Notes: generated from the letters alone by a model not told the origin. Positions 21,927 to 31,696 are shown, counted from the first letter of the stretch. The stretch is 64,000 bases of DNA from Candidatus Krumholzibacteriia bacterium (GCA_016744705.1 JADGDU010000005.1:3762-67761), one strand, 5' to 3'. Made by a program: numbers and translations.

Positions 21927-22297
21927 ATGATTGCATCGATTTGCGGGGGATACAAATTTATGCCTATCACGGAGTTCTGGATGCTGAAAAAAAGCTGGGC
22001 CAGCGCTTTGTTGTGGATGTCACTCTTTTTGGTGATTTTTCCCAGGCAGCCCGCACCGATGACTTGAAATATGCCATGGATTATTCCCAGGTTCACACCC
22101 TGGTTTGTGATGCCATGACCCAGAAAAACTTTGATTTGATTGAAGCTGCTGCGGGCCATTTGTGCACTGTGTTGCTGGACAAAACCATGGCTGAAAAGGT
22201 GGAAGTGGTTGTGGAAAAAACCACACCACCCATTCCCGGTTTCACAGGGCAGGCCCTGGTGAGACTGGTGAGGGATCGGCAATGGCTGAAGAGTTGA
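21917..22297 (+). CDS. folB: Dihydroneopterin aldolase.
   Basis: The 126-aa protein reads …IYAYHGVLDAEKKLGQRFVVDV… and is adjacent to folK. Confidence 0.88.
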   Translation: MEMNDCIDLRGIQIYAYHGVLDAEKKLGQRFVVDVTLFGDFSQAARTDDLKYAMDYSQVHTLVCDAMTQKNFDLIEAAAGHLCTVLLDKTMAEKVEVVVEKTTPPIPGFTGQALVRLVRDRQWLKS

Positions 22298-22836
22298 GAG
22301 TCCATAACATTTGGTTGGGATTGGGCAGCAATCAGGGGGACAGGCTGGCTCATCTGACCCGTGCGGTTACCTTTATCAGTCAGCATCCGCACATGCGGCT
22401 GGTGGGTTGCAGCGGTGTGTATGAAACAGACTACGTGGGGCCTGGACAGCAGGATCCCTACCTCAATGCTTGCCTGGAGGTTCATTCAGCCATGAGTCTT
22501 CTGGCCATGCTGGATGAGTTCCAGTCTCTGGAGAAGGATCTGGGCAGAGCTGCTGACGGGCACATGAAACCCCGACCTCTGGATGTGGATTTTCTTTTGG
22601 TGGATGAATTGGAAATGGTTCACGAGCGGTTGGTGGTGCCTCATCCTCGGCTTTCGGAACGTCTTTTTGTTTTGGAACCCCTGAACGAGTTGGCTCCAGG
22701 GAAAAAAATCCCAAATTCAGGGAAGACAGTGGCTGAGTTATGTGCGAAAATAAGGCGTAAAGACGGGCCGGCGGTGCTGCTGCGTCCCGATCTTATCTTG
22801 GTATCGGTGAAATCTGGCAGGAATTTGGAGGAATGA
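22282..22836 (+). CDS. folK: 6-hydroxymethyl-7,8-dihydropterin pyrophosphokinase.
   Basis: It reads …IWLGLGSNQGD…LDVDFLL…HPRLSERLFVLEPL…. Confidence 0.88.
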   Translation: MAEELRVHNIWLGLGSNQGDRLAHLTRAVTFISQHPHMRLVGCSGVYETDYVGPGQQDPYLNACLEVHSAMSLLAMLDEFQSLEKDLGRAADGHMKPRPLDVDFLLVDELEMVHERLVVPHPRLSERLFVLEPLNELAPGKKIPNSGKTVAELCAKIRRKDGPAVLLRPDLILVSVKSGRNLEE

Positions 22837-22837
22837 A

Positions 22838-23485
22838 GTGCTTCCCTGGCGATACATTGTGGTTGAAGGTGTCATTGGAGTGGGTAAAACCAGCCTGAGC
22901 AAACTTTTGTCCACCCGGACTGAAGGCCGCTTGAATCTGGAAGTGGTGGAAGAGAATCCTTTTCTTTCCAACTTCTATCTGGACCGGTCCACTTTTGCTT
23001 TTCAAACCCAAATTTTCTTTCTCCTGAGCCGTTTTCGCCAGCAACAGGAGTTATTTCAGAACGAGTTGTTCAGCAATACCCTGATCTCCGATTACCTCTT
23101 TGCCAAAGACAGAATTTTTGCCAATTTGAATCTCGGTGATGACGAATTGGCCCTGTATAACCAACTGGCCACCATCCTCGAACAGAGGGTGCGTAAACCT
23201 GATCTGGTCATCTATCTGCAGGCCCGAACAGATGTCTTGCTGCAACGCATCAACTGGCGTGGTCGCAGCTATGAGCAGAACATGGATGCCTCTTATTTAG
23301 ATGCGCTCAATGGCGCTTACAGTTATTTTTTCCATCACTACAAAGATGCGCCATTGCTGGTGGTCAACACTGACAATTTAGACTTTGTGAATGTGCCCCA
23401 GGATTTTGATCTCTTGTTTGACCAAATCCGTGAAGAATTCACCGGCACCCACTACTTTGCACCGGATTCCCGCGGCGGGTTATAA
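22838..23485 (+). CDS. Deoxynucleoside kinase (dAK/dGK family).
   Basis: It has a P-loop (IVVEGVIGVGKTSL) and the dNK-family ENPFL…FQ motif. Confidence 0.8.
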   Translation: MLPWRYIVVEGVIGVGKTSLSKLLSTRTEGRLNLEVVEENPFLSNFYLDRSTFAFQTQIFFLLSRFRQQQELFQNELFSNTLISDYLFAKDRIFANLNLGDDELALYNQLATILEQRVRKPDLVIYLQARTDVLLQRINWRGRSYEQNMDASYLDALNGAYSYFFHHYKDAPLLVVNTDNLDFVNVPQDFDLLFDQIREEFTGTHYFAPDSRGGL

Positions 23486-23520
23486 GAGCTCCGGTTTTCC
23501 AGGAATAGAAAGGCCCTCTT

Positions 23521-24414
23521 ATGCAGAGGTCAGACAAACCCCTGACACTTCGTGTCTTTGGCCGAAACAAACGACATGGCAAAAAGCTGGCCGTGGTGAC
23601 CGCCTATGACCTGACCAGTGCTCTGATTGTCTCCTCCGGTGGTGCCGATGCCATTCTGGTGGGAGATTCTCTGGGTATGGTTGTACTGGGCCATGAGAAT
23701 ACTTTGCCGGTGACCATGGAAGATATGCTTCATCATTGCAAGGCCGTGGTCCGGGCCAAACCCGATATTCCCGTCATTGCCGATCTGCCCTATGGCAGTT
23801 TCCACATCTCAGCTGAAGACACTGTTGGCAATGCTCTGCGCCTGGTTAAGGAAGCCGGAGTGAATGCCGTCAAAGTGGAAGGTGGCCGCCAGCGACTGGA
23901 AATTATTGAGGCGCTGGTCAAAGCAGAAATCCCGGTGATGGGACATCTGGGTTTGACTCCCCAGTCTGTCAATGCACTGGGGGGCTACCGTGTTCAGGGC
24001 CGGAGTAAAAAAGCGGCTGCCCGCATTATGGATGAAGCCAAGCTATTGGCCGATGCTGGATGTTTTGCCATTGTCCTGGAATGTGTTCCTTCTGAACTGG
24101 CTTCAGCCATCAGCGAATCTCTTTCCATTCCCACCATCGGCATCGGTGCTGGTCCTGGCTGCGATGGCCAAGTATTGGTTTTTCATGACATGCTGGGCCT
24201 CTTCGACAAGCTGAGCCCCAAATTTGTTAAGCAGTTTGCCAATTTGGGAGAACAGGCTTGCCAGGGTATTGCCCGTTATGTAGAAGAGGTGCGCCAGGGA
24301 GATTTCCCAAGCGCCGAACACAGTTATGATGCGGAGCCCCAGAGCCCGGACCGAAAATCTGAAATAGACTCAGGCAGTGGCTATTTGGCCGGCGTGGAAA
24401 ACGGGAAAGGCTAA
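23521..24414 (+). CDS. panB: 3-methyl-2-oxobutanoate hydroxymethyltransferase.
   Basis: It reads …VVTAYDLTSAL…ILVGDSLGMVVLGHENTLPVT…, with a short C-terminal extension. Confidence 0.9.
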   Translation: MQRSDKPLTLRVFGRNKRHGKKLAVVTAYDLTSALIVSSGGADAILVGDSLGMVVLGHENTLPVTMEDMLHHCKAVVRAKPDIPVIADLPYGSFHISAEDTVGNALRLVKEAGVNAVKVEGGRQRLEIIEALVKAEIPVMGHLGLTPQSVNALGGYRVQGRSKKAAARIMDEAKLLADAGCFAIVLECVPSELASAISESLSIPTIGIGAGPGCDGQVLVFHDMLGLFDKLSPKFVKQFANLGEQACQGIARYVEEVRQGDFPSAEHSYDAEPQSPDRKSEIDSGSGYLAGVENGKG

Positions 24415-24417
24415 CTC

Positions 24418-25302
24418 TTGGAATTGTGGCATACAAGGAACGATCTGAAGGCCATGGCGCCTTTGAAACAAGATGGTCCCTTGGTCTTGGTTCCGACCAT
24501 GGGAGCGCTTCACGAAGGCCATCTGGACCTGGTGAGGTTGGGCTCCCAATTAGGCCAAGTGGTGGTCACTGTATTTGTCAATCCCACCCAATTTGGACCC
24601 AACGAAGATTTTGGATCGTACCCGCGCACTTTGGAACGAGATCTGGAACTGCTTTCCCAGTTGCCTGTGGCCGGAGTTTTTTCCCCGGACACATCAGAGA
24701 TTTATGGGGCCGGTCTTGAAGTGACGGTTCAGCCCGGCCACCGTGGTCTGGGATTGTGCGGTGGCGATCGTCCCGGACATTTTGCCGGTGTCTTGACGGT
24801 GGTGGCTAAGCTTTTTGGCTTGATCCAACCCGACATTGCCATTTTTGGGCGCAAAGATGCCCAGCAGTGCCTGGTCATTGGTCAAATGGTGGAAGATCTC
24901 AAGATGCCCATCCAGCTGGTGGATGCGTCCACCCGACGCGAGCCCGATGGTTTGGCCATGTCTTCTCGGAATCGCTACCTCTCAGAAAGCCAACGACGCC
25001 AGGCTCTGTGTCTCTCGAAAGCGCTCCAAGCTGGGAAAGAAGCCATCGTTGATGGTTGCCGCAGCCGGTCCGAAATTCAAAACACCATGTTGGATCTGCT
25101 ACAGGAAGCTGACTTGGTGGAATACGCAGAAGTGCGCCAGGTGCCTGGTCTGGGTGATGATGAAATCATTTCCGGACGCACGCTGCTGGCTGTGGCCGCC
25201 AAAGTGGGGCCCGCCCGTTTGATTGATAATTTCGTTTTGGAAATCAACCCTGAAAATATGGTGACCGATAGCTATTTGCTGGGCACCGGGAGAGAATCAT
25301 GA
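24418..25302 (+). CDS. panC: Pantoate--beta-alanine ligase.
   Basis: It reads …LVPTMGALHEGHLDLV… with the HxGH motif. Confidence 0.9.
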   Translation: MELWHTRNDLKAMAPLKQDGPLVLVPTMGALHEGHLDLVRLGSQLGQVVVTVFVNPTQFGPNEDFGSYPRTLERDLELLSQLPVAGVFSPDTSEIYGAGLEVTVQPGHRGLGLCGGDRPGHFAGVLTVVAKLFGLIQPDIAIFGRKDAQQCLVIGQMVEDLKMPIQLVDASTRREPDGLAMSSRNRYLSESQRRQALCLSKALQAGKEAIVDGCRSRSEIQNTMLDLLQEADLVEYAEVRQVPGLGDDEIISGRTLLAVAAKVGPARLIDNFVLEINPENMVTDSYLLGTGRES

Positions 25303-26039
25303 GCAGGACTATCGATGCTGTTATTTTAGCGGCCGGCAAAGGCACCCGAATGAAATCAGACTTGCCCAAGGTGCTGCATGAATTGGAGGGACGCCCCCTT
25401 CTGGATCATGTGATGGATACCTCTGCAGCAGCGGGCATCGATCGGATGGTTGTTGTGGTGGGACATAAGTCTGCTCTGGTGGAAGAGACCTGCGGGCGAC
25501 CAGGAATTGAATTTGTTCTGCAGGAACCCCAGTTGGGCACCGGTCATGCTGTGCAAATGGCGGTGCCTGCTCTGCGCTCTGGTGGATACTGCGTCGTTCT
25601 GGCGGGTGATGTGCCTTTACTGCGAACCGAAACGTTGCAACGCCTGGTGGAAGGAACCATTTCTTCCGGGGCTTCTGCTGTGGTGCTGACTTGTGTGGTG
25701 GATGACGCGGCTGCTTATGGCCGGATCATCAAAGACGACCAGGGACAGGTTCTGAAAATTGTGGAAGCAGTTGATGCCACACCGGCCGAACTGGCCGTGG
25801 GGGAATACAACACTGGTGTTTTTTGTTTCAAAACTGAAAAGCTTATCGAAGCTTTGGGCAATTTGAAAACCGACAACAAACAGGGCGAGTATTATCTGAC
25901 CGATACGGTGGCCTGGCTGGTGGAGCAGGGACAACCTGTGGAAGCGGTCATCACCGAGGACCCCGATGAAGTCATCGGAATCAACACCGTGGACGAATTG
26001 GCTGGCGCCGCCACTCTGCTGGCCCGGCGCAACAGCTGA
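25299..26039 (+). CDS. Sugar-phosphate nucleotidyltransferase (GlmU N-terminal-domain-like, without the left-handed beta-helix acetyltransferase domain).
   Basis: It reads …AVILAAGKGTRMKSDLPKVLH… and …GTGHAV…. At only 246 aa it is the pyrophosphorylase domain alone. Confidence 0.7.
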   Translation: MSRTIDAVILAAGKGTRMKSDLPKVLHELEGRPLLDHVMDTSAAAGIDRMVVVVGHKSALVEETCGRPGIEFVLQEPQLGTGHAVQMAVPALRSGGYCVVLAGDVPLLRTETLQRLVEGTISSGASAVVLTCVVDDAAAYGRIIKDDQGQVLKIVEAVDATPAELAVGEYNTGVFCFKTEKLIEALGNLKTDNKQGEYYLTDTVAWLVEQGQPVEAVITEDPDEVIGINTVDELAGAATLLARRNS

Positions 26040-26058
26040 AAAAGGATGAGGTGATGGC

Positions 26059-26556
26059 ATGGACCGGCTCTGCACTCCCTGGAGGTTTGATTACGTGACT
26101 GGTAAGGACAAAGAAGAGGGATGCGTTTTCTGCAACCGTCTGGACTGTGATCCCAGGGAGCATTATGTGCTTCATCGGGGAAAATACTGGTATATGATGA
26201 TGAACCTCTATCCTTATAACAGTGGTCATCTCCTTTTGATCAGCAACCGCCACCAGCCTATGCTGGGCAATTGCACCAGCGAAGAGTTGGCTGAATTGGG
26301 CCCGCTCTTGAAAGTGATGGAAAAAACCCTCACTGAAGTTTTCCAACCAGACGGTATTAACAGTGGATATAATGGTGGTAAAAGTGCGGGGGCTGGCATT
26401 CCAGAACACCTTCACTTGCACATGTTGCCCCGCTGGGCTGGGGATACCAATTTCATGAGCACCATTGGCGAAACCAGAGTGATGCCTCAAACCCTGGACC
26501 AGAGTTATGAAAAACTTCTGCCAGTGGTGACGCGTTTGGCGGCAGAATTGAAATGA
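26059..26556 (+). CDS. HIT-family nucleotide hydrolase/transferase.
   Basis: It has a histidine triad, …EHLHLHMLPR…, and an upstream Cys/His cluster. Confidence 0.6.
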   Translation: MDRLCTPWRFDYVTGKDKEEGCVFCNRLDCDPREHYVLHRGKYWYMMMNLYPYNSGHLLLISNRHQPMLGNCTSEELAELGPLLKVMEKTLTEVFQPDGINSGYNGGKSAGAGIPEHLHLHMLPRWAGDTNFMSTIGETRVMPQTLDQSYEKLLPVVTRLAAELK

Positions 26557-26999
26557 TGAGGTCGTTGAATTTTTGGCTCTTCATGATGGTTGTTGTGTGT
26601 GGCATTTCGTTGGTGTTTGCTTCCGGGGTCACGTTACCAAAAATGGGGGAGCTACCGAAGGCATCGGTGCCAGAGGTGCAGAATTGGCAGACCGACCCTC
26701 AAGAGCAACCCGTTCACTTGATGATTCTGAATGGAACGGAGCACAATGGATTGGCTCGGCAATTCAGCCTATTGACCTCAGGTCATGGTTGTGTGGTGGA
26801 GACCATTGGCAATGCACCAGGCATCTGGTCGAAAAGTCTTCTCGTCAATCGCCATCTGGACCACGACGCCGCCAAGGATCTGGCCCGAATGATGGGGCAG
26901 TTGCCCATGATAAAGCAATGGGATGAACGCCAGACTGAAGATGCCGTTTTGATTCTGGGTGAAGATTTTGCAAAAGTGAAGGCTGCTCTGGCTCCCTGA
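26553..26999 (+). CDS. LytR_C-domain membrane-anchored protein (hypothetical).
   Basis: It has an N-terminal TM helix and a C-terminal …LMILNGTEHNGLARQF…VLILGEDF… segment that resembles the LytR C-terminal domain. Confidence 0.45.
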   Translation: MMRSLNFWLFMMVVVCGISLVFASGVTLPKMGELPKASVPEVQNWQTDPQEQPVHLMILNGTEHNGLARQFSLLTSGHGCVVETIGNAPGIWSKSLLVNRHLDHDAAKDLARMMGQLPMIKQWDERQTEDAVLILGEDFAKVKAALAP

Positions 27000-27134
27000 G
27001 GTCTTGCTGAACGGTCAAAGTTCCAGTTTGTTGGCATATTCTGAACAAAAGGTTGGTTCCGAGAGCGCTGGCTGGCTATAATACGAACAAGAATTAACCA
27101 GTTTGAAGACCGAATTCGGAAAGTTGCTTGATTC

Positions 27135-27398
27135 ATGAAAAAGTCCATGGGCACGGTGGTGCTCACGTTGGTTTTGGGAGTGTTGATCGGAGCCACGGTC
27201 AGCGAGGTCATTGGATTGTTCCTCAATGAGGGAACAGTCGCTGAGCAACTCTTTGTCCGGTATATTTCCTTTGGACCGGATGTTGTGCATTTGAATCTGG
27301 TGATTATCGACCTGACTTTCGGTTTCCAGATTCACTTCAACCTGATGAGCGTCATCGGTGTATTTGTGGCTTCGCAAATGCTCCGTTGGTATCGCTAA
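27135..27398 (+). CDS. Small membrane protein (DUF4321-like?), upstream of tatA.
   Basis: It is an 87-aa, two-helix hydrophobic protein. A TATAAT-like element lies about 55 nt upstream at 27076. Confidence 0.4.
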   Translation: MKKSMGTVVLTLVLGVLIGATVSEVIGLFLNEGTVAEQLFVRYISFGPDVVHLNLVIIDLTFGFQIHFNLMSVIGVFVASQMLRWYR

Positions 27399-27415
27399 GT
27401 ATTGTGGAGGTTTTC

Positions 27416-27646
27416 ATGAGTCCGTTCTTGGCTTTTGGTGTCGGCGGTTTCGGCTGGCAGGAAATGATTGTGCTGTTGGTTTTGGTCCTTATTTTTTTCG
27501 GACCCAAGCGGTTGCCTGAGTTGGCAGAAGCGTTGGGCAAATCCCTCAACAAATTCAAGTCTGCAACACGTGAAGCTTCTGATGAAGTCAAACGTGAACT
27601 CGATGATGTTAAACGGGATGTTGAGGAAGATCCTAACGGAAAGTGA
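27416..27646 (+). CDS. tatA: Sec-independent protein translocase TatA/E.
   Basis: It reads …FGWQEMIVLLVLVLIFFGPKRLPELAEALGKSLNKFK…. I prefer the ATG at 27416, which follows GGAGG-5nt. The tracked ORF begins at an upstream TTG. Confidence 0.85.
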   Translation: MSPFLAFGVGGFGWQEMIVLLVLVLIFFGPKRLPELAEALGKSLNKFKSATREASDEVKRELDDVKRDVEEDPNGK

Positions 27647-27697
27647 TGGCCCCGCTTTCCGGCAATTTGGCTTCAACCATGAGCCCGGGAGGCACTC

Positions 27698-29980
27698 TTG
27701 AATCTGGCCCAACTTCTACAACAGTTAAAAACTGAAGAGAAATTCACAAGGCATGTGACCCGTTGGCAAACGCTTCCTCCCGAGCCGGCCATCTCTGCTG
27801 CGTACCCCGAAAGCCTGGACCAGAGGCTGGTGGATGTGATGCGCGGCCGGGGTATCGAAGAACTTTACAGCCATCAGGCTGAAGCGGTTCAGTTGGCTGC
27901 AGGCGGACACTCTTTTGTGGTTCCTACACCCACCGCCAGTGGTAAAACCCTCTGCTATAATCTCCCGGTTCTGAACACCATCCTGAACGATCCCCAGGCT
28001 CGGGCCTTATACCTTTTCCCCACCAAAGCCCTGAGCCAGGATCAGATGCATGAAGTGCACGGCATCGTCGGCGATCTGGGTGTGGATATCAAAACGTTCA
28101 CCTTCGATGGCGACACTCCCGAAACGGCCCGCCGAGCCATCCGCAGCAGTGGGCATATCGTGGTGACAAATCCAGATATGTTACACCAGGGAATCCTGCC
28201 CCATCATACTTTATGGGTGAAACTTTTTGAGAACCTCAAGTACGTGGTGGTGGATGAGGTGCATCAGTACCGGGGTGTTTTTGGTAGCCACGTGTCTAAT
28301 GTGCTGCGGCGTTTGCGCCGGGTGGCTCAATTCTATGGTGCGGACCCCCAATTTATCTGCTGCTCCGCCACCATTGCCAACCCCAAGGAATTGGCCGGCC
28401 GCCTGACGGGCTTACCCATGGAGGAAATTTCCCGCAATGGTGCGCCCAGAGGTGAAAAACACTTCATCTTTTACAACCCGCCTGTGGTCAATCAGGAATT
28501 GGGAATTCGGCAATCGGTGATCAAAACCACACGCCGTATTTCTGAGCGTTTCATGTCCAGCGGCACCCAATTGATTGTTTTTGCCCGCAGCCGCATGCGA
28601 GTGGAGCTGTTGCTCACCTACCTGGAAAAAGCCGGCCGTCGTGTGGGCATTAAAAGCGGCGAAGTTCGAGGTTACCGTGGAGGGTATTTGCCGGGTGAGC
28701 GCAGGGCCATTGAACAGGGTTTGCGGGACGGTACTGTTTCCACCGTGGTCTCTACCAACGCCCTGGAGTTGGGTATTGATATCGGGCGGCTGGATGTGTG
28801 CGTCATGGCCGGTTACGCCGGCACCGTGGCCAGCACCTGGAAGCAGGCCGGTCGGGCCGGTCGGCGGCAAAATCTCAGTGCCGTGGTTCTGGTGGCATCC
28901 AGTAGTCCTGCCGATCAATATATCATCAACAACCCAGACTATTTTTTCGGCCGCTCCCCAGAACACGCCACCCTTGATCCGGACAACCTTATCATTCTCA
29001 TCAGCCATCTCAAATGTGCTGCTTTTGAATTGCCTTTCACCACGGATGAAAGGTATGGCGATCAAAAAATTGAGGAGATCCTCGATTACCTGACAGAACA
29101 GGGTGTGCTGCACCGTAGTGGGGGGCGGTACCACTGGATGGCCGACACTTACCCCGCCGAGGAAGTTAGCTTGCGTAGCGCCGCTCCTGATAATGTGGTG
29201 ATCATCGATCAAAGCGTTCCCGGTGGCCGAATCATTGGTGAGATGGATCTTTTCAGCGCCCAGGAAATGCTCCATGACGATGCCGTCTACATGCACGGGG
29301 CCCAGCAATACCATGTCGATCGTTTGGACTGGGACCGGCGGGAAGCCCATGTGCAGCCGGTGCAGGTTGACTACTACACCGACGCCCAGCGCAAATCTGA
29401 ACTCAAAACTCTGACGGCTGAAGAAACTTTACCCTTCACCATGGGCCAATTATTGGTGGGCGAAGTGGGGTTGGTGGCCAAGGTCACTGTTTATAAGAAA
29501 ATCAAACTGGGGACCCACGAAAATGTGGGAGCAGGGCGGGTGCATTTGCCGGAAATGGAAATGCACACCGTTAGTTTCTGGTGGGAATTGCCCGAGAATG
29601 TGGCCGAAGATCTCACCGCTGAAGGGTTTGATCTGGGTGACGGGTTGAAAGGTTTGTCCCACTTGCTGGGCAGAGTGGCTCCGGTTTTCATCATGGCCGA
29701 TCCTTCAGACTTGCATGCCCTGGCCATGGTGCGCTCGCCTTTCACCGGGAGTCCTACCCTGTATATCTACGATGCTTTCCCCGGTGGGGTTGGGTATGCC
29801 CGGCGCATCCATCAGCAGTTTGCAGAAATCTGCCAATCGGCTCAGGACCATTTGCATGCCTGCCCCTGTGAAAGGGGTTGTCCTTCCTGTGTTGGCCCCG
29901 CCACCGAAAGCGGAGATACGGCCCGCCAGGCCGCTGCCTGGATATTAGCCAGAGCGTGTAGCCCATCTGCCGAGGGTTGA
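27698..29980 (+). CDS. mrfA: MrfA-like DEXH-box DNA helicase with a C-terminal DUF1998 Zn-ribbon.
   Basis: It has motif I (VPTPTASGKT), motif II (DEVH) and motif VI (QAGRAGRR). The C-terminal four-Cys cluster is …CPCERGCPSCVGP…. Confidence 0.8.
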   Translation: MNLAQLLQQLKTEEKFTRHVTRWQTLPPEPAISAAYPESLDQRLVDVMRGRGIEELYSHQAEAVQLAAGGHSFVVPTPTASGKTLCYNLPVLNTILNDPQARALYLFPTKALSQDQMHEVHGIVGDLGVDIKTFTFDGDTPETARRAIRSSGHIVVTNPDMLHQGILPHHTLWVKLFENLKYVVVDEVHQYRGVFGSHVSNVLRRLRRVAQFYGADPQFICCSATIANPKELAGRLTGLPMEEISRNGAPRGEKHFIFYNPPVVNQELGIRQSVIKTTRRISERFMSSGTQLIVFARSRMRVELLLTYLEKAGRRVGIKSGEVRGYRGGYLPGERRAIEQGLRDGTVSTVVSTNALELGIDIGRLDVCVMAGYAGTVASTWKQAGRAGRRQNLSAVVLVASSSPADQYIINNPDYFFGRSPEHATLDPDNLIILISHLKCAAFELPFTTDERYGDQKIEEILDYLTEQGVLHRSGGRYHWMADTYPAEEVSLRSAAPDNVVIIDQSVPGGRIIGEMDLFSAQEMLHDDAVYMHGAQQYHVDRLDWDRREAHVQPVQVDYYTDAQRKSELKTLTAEETLPFTMGQLLVGEVGLVAKVTVYKKIKLGTHENVGAGRVHLPEMEMHTVSFWWELPENVAEDLTAEGFDLGDGLKGLSHLLGRVAPVFIMADPSDLHALAMVRSPFTGSPTLYIYDAFPGGVGYARRIHQQFAEICQSAQDHLHACPCERGCPSCVGPATESGDTARQAAAWILARACSPSAEG

Positions 29981-29981
29981 G

Positions 29982-31205
29982 ATGGATTTAAAAAAAAGAC
30001 TGGCCAACATGGACCGTCTCTCCCGCCAGAATGTTGCGCCATCTGCAGGGTCTCGACCTCAGCAGAAAGCCAATGCAACCACCTTAAAAAAATCTTTAAA
30101 TTGCTTGCAGCTTATAAGCTCACAGGGTCAAGAGGAAGAAATTTGGACCAGAGATTATACTGATGATTTTTCTTTGAGTATCACAGAATTACCCTCTTTG
30201 GTTGGCTTTTTCACACGGGCGCATGAAGCTTCACCCGGTTTGGAAGATATTCTTTTCCTGGACACGGAAACCACGGGACTGTCCGGGGGAACCGGTACCA
30301 TTGCTTTTCTGGTGGGGGTGGGCTGGGTCCGGAATAATATATTCCACAGTCGGCAATACTTTCTGCCTGATTTTCATCATGAACACGCCATGTTGAATGA
30401 ACTGGCCTCTCTGGCTCAGAAATTTGAAGTGGTGATGACCTTCAATGGCGCCTCTTTTGATTTGCCTCTTTTGCGCACGCGGGCTTTGATGAACAGGCTG
30501 AAAGATCCCTGCGCGGACTTGGTCAGTTGGGATTTGCTTGTGCCGGGACGCCGCTTGTGGGGACGCATTTTTCCCAATTGCAAACAGCAAACCCTTGAAA
30601 AAGGACTGCTACAAATGAGCCGCGATTCCCGGGATATTGAGGGTGCCCTGATTCCCCAGACCTGGTTCGACTTCCTGCAAACAGCAGAGCCGGATTTGAT
30701 GGGAAGAGTTTTGCATCATAACCAGCGCGACTTGCTGGGGATGGCGGGGATTTTTGCACAGGTTCTGGACAAGGCCCAGTGTCTGCATGATAATATACCA
30801 CAGGAAACGCCCTGGAAAGAGGCCTGGTCCCTGGGGCGTATTGCCGAAATTGCCCGGATCCAGGAGCAAGCAGCCACCTGGATACAATGTGCGGCTCTGG
30901 CCAACGGAAAAGACTCTGAATGTCGGTTTCTGGAAGCCCGTTTTGTGGCCGATGCAATCCGACTTTTGAAACGACAGGGCCATTGGGATGATGTGGAAAT
31001 GATCATCAAAAAAGCATTGGTGGCGGGTCAGGATGAGCCGTGGTTACACCGGGAAGCGGCGATTCTTTATGAACACAGAAGAGCCCATTTATCTAAAGCC
31101 CTGCTTCATGCCCGTCAGTGCCAGGAGCCTGGGCGTATTTTGCGTCTGGAAAAGAAAATCCTAAAAATTCAAGAGGTTAAAAATGGCCCTACCGACACGC
31201 ACTGA
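29982..31205 (+). CDS. mrfB: MrfB/YprB-like RNase-H-fold exonuclease with C-terminal TPR-like repeats.
   Basis: …ILFLDTETTGLSGGTGTIAFLVGVGW…MTFNGASFDLPLL… shows the DEDD-like acidic residues of a PolB-like exonuclease domain. The C-terminal half is helical repeats. The gene starts 2 nt after mrfA. Confidence 0.65.
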   Translation: MDLKKRLANMDRLSRQNVAPSAGSRPQQKANATTLKKSLNCLQLISSQGQEEEIWTRDYTDDFSLSITELPSLVGFFTRAHEASPGLEDILFLDTETTGLSGGTGTIAFLVGVGWVRNNIFHSRQYFLPDFHHEHAMLNELASLAQKFEVVMTFNGASFDLPLLRTRALMNRLKDPCADLVSWDLLVPGRRLWGRIFPNCKQQTLEKGLLQMSRDSRDIEGALIPQTWFDFLQTAEPDLMGRVLHHNQRDLLGMAGIFAQVLDKAQCLHDNIPQETPWKEAWSLGRIAEIARIQEQAATWIQCAALANGKDSECRFLEARFVADAIRLLKRQGHWDDVEMIIKKALVAGQDEPWLHREAAILYEHRRAHLSKALLHARQCQEPGRILRLEKKILKIQEVKNGPTDTH

Positions 31206-31614
31206 AGCCCATTTGATTGTGGCGGCCATCCGCGTGCTTGAGAATCGATTGAAGAAATTGCCTGTACCTGTGGAAATTGCCGACTTGCTGGAGATGAGTG
31301 AAAGCGCTGTACGTCTGCAATTGAACCATTTGTCAGACCTGGGCATTGTGGTTGTGGTGGAAAGTGCTTTTGAAACCCATGTGGAAATCAAACAGTATCT
31401 TTTGATAGAAGAGTTAGCTGCTGAGACGGGGCCGGAAATTGCTGATGATTTGGCTGCCTTCGACTTGAAGCAAGAGGAAGAGGCCCAAAAAATGGCCAAC
31501 CTTTTTGATTCTGGGGAACACGAGCAGAAGCGGCAGGATCGCATGGACAAAATGGATGAGGAACTTCAGAGTTTCAAAGGACGAAAGCCCAGGAATCCCT
31601 TTGGGGATGATTGA
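31183..31614 (+). CDS. Hypothetical acidic protein.
   Basis: The 143-aa protein has a highly acidic C-terminus. It overlaps the mrfB-like 3' end by 23 nt in another frame. It has no recognisable domain. Confidence 0.4.
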   Translation: MALPTRTEAHLIVAAIRVLENRLKKLPVPVEIADLLEMSESAVRLQLNHLSDLGIVVVVESAFETHVEIKQYLLIEELAAETGPEIADDLAAFDLKQEEEAQKMANLFDSGEHEQKRQDRMDKMDEELQSFKGRKPRNPFGDD

Positions 31615-31633
31615 TCCTGCCCAAAATTTAAAA

Positions 31634-31668
31634 GCCCGGAATCCCATTCAGGATCCCGGGCTTTTTTT
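31634..31668. terminator. Bidirectional rho-independent terminator between convergent genes.
   Basis: The hairpin gcccggaatcc…ggatcccgggc is flanked by a T-run on the + strand and an A-run, which is a T-run on the minus strand. Confidence 0.7.
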
Positions 31669-31696
31669 GTGCTTTCTCTAGGCCTCCGCCAAAGGT

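Noticed and set aside
28412-29350. A 312-aa antisense ORF inside the MrfA-like helicase gene.
   Set aside because: The helicase frame contains motifs I, II and VI in the right order. The antisense translation is featureless.
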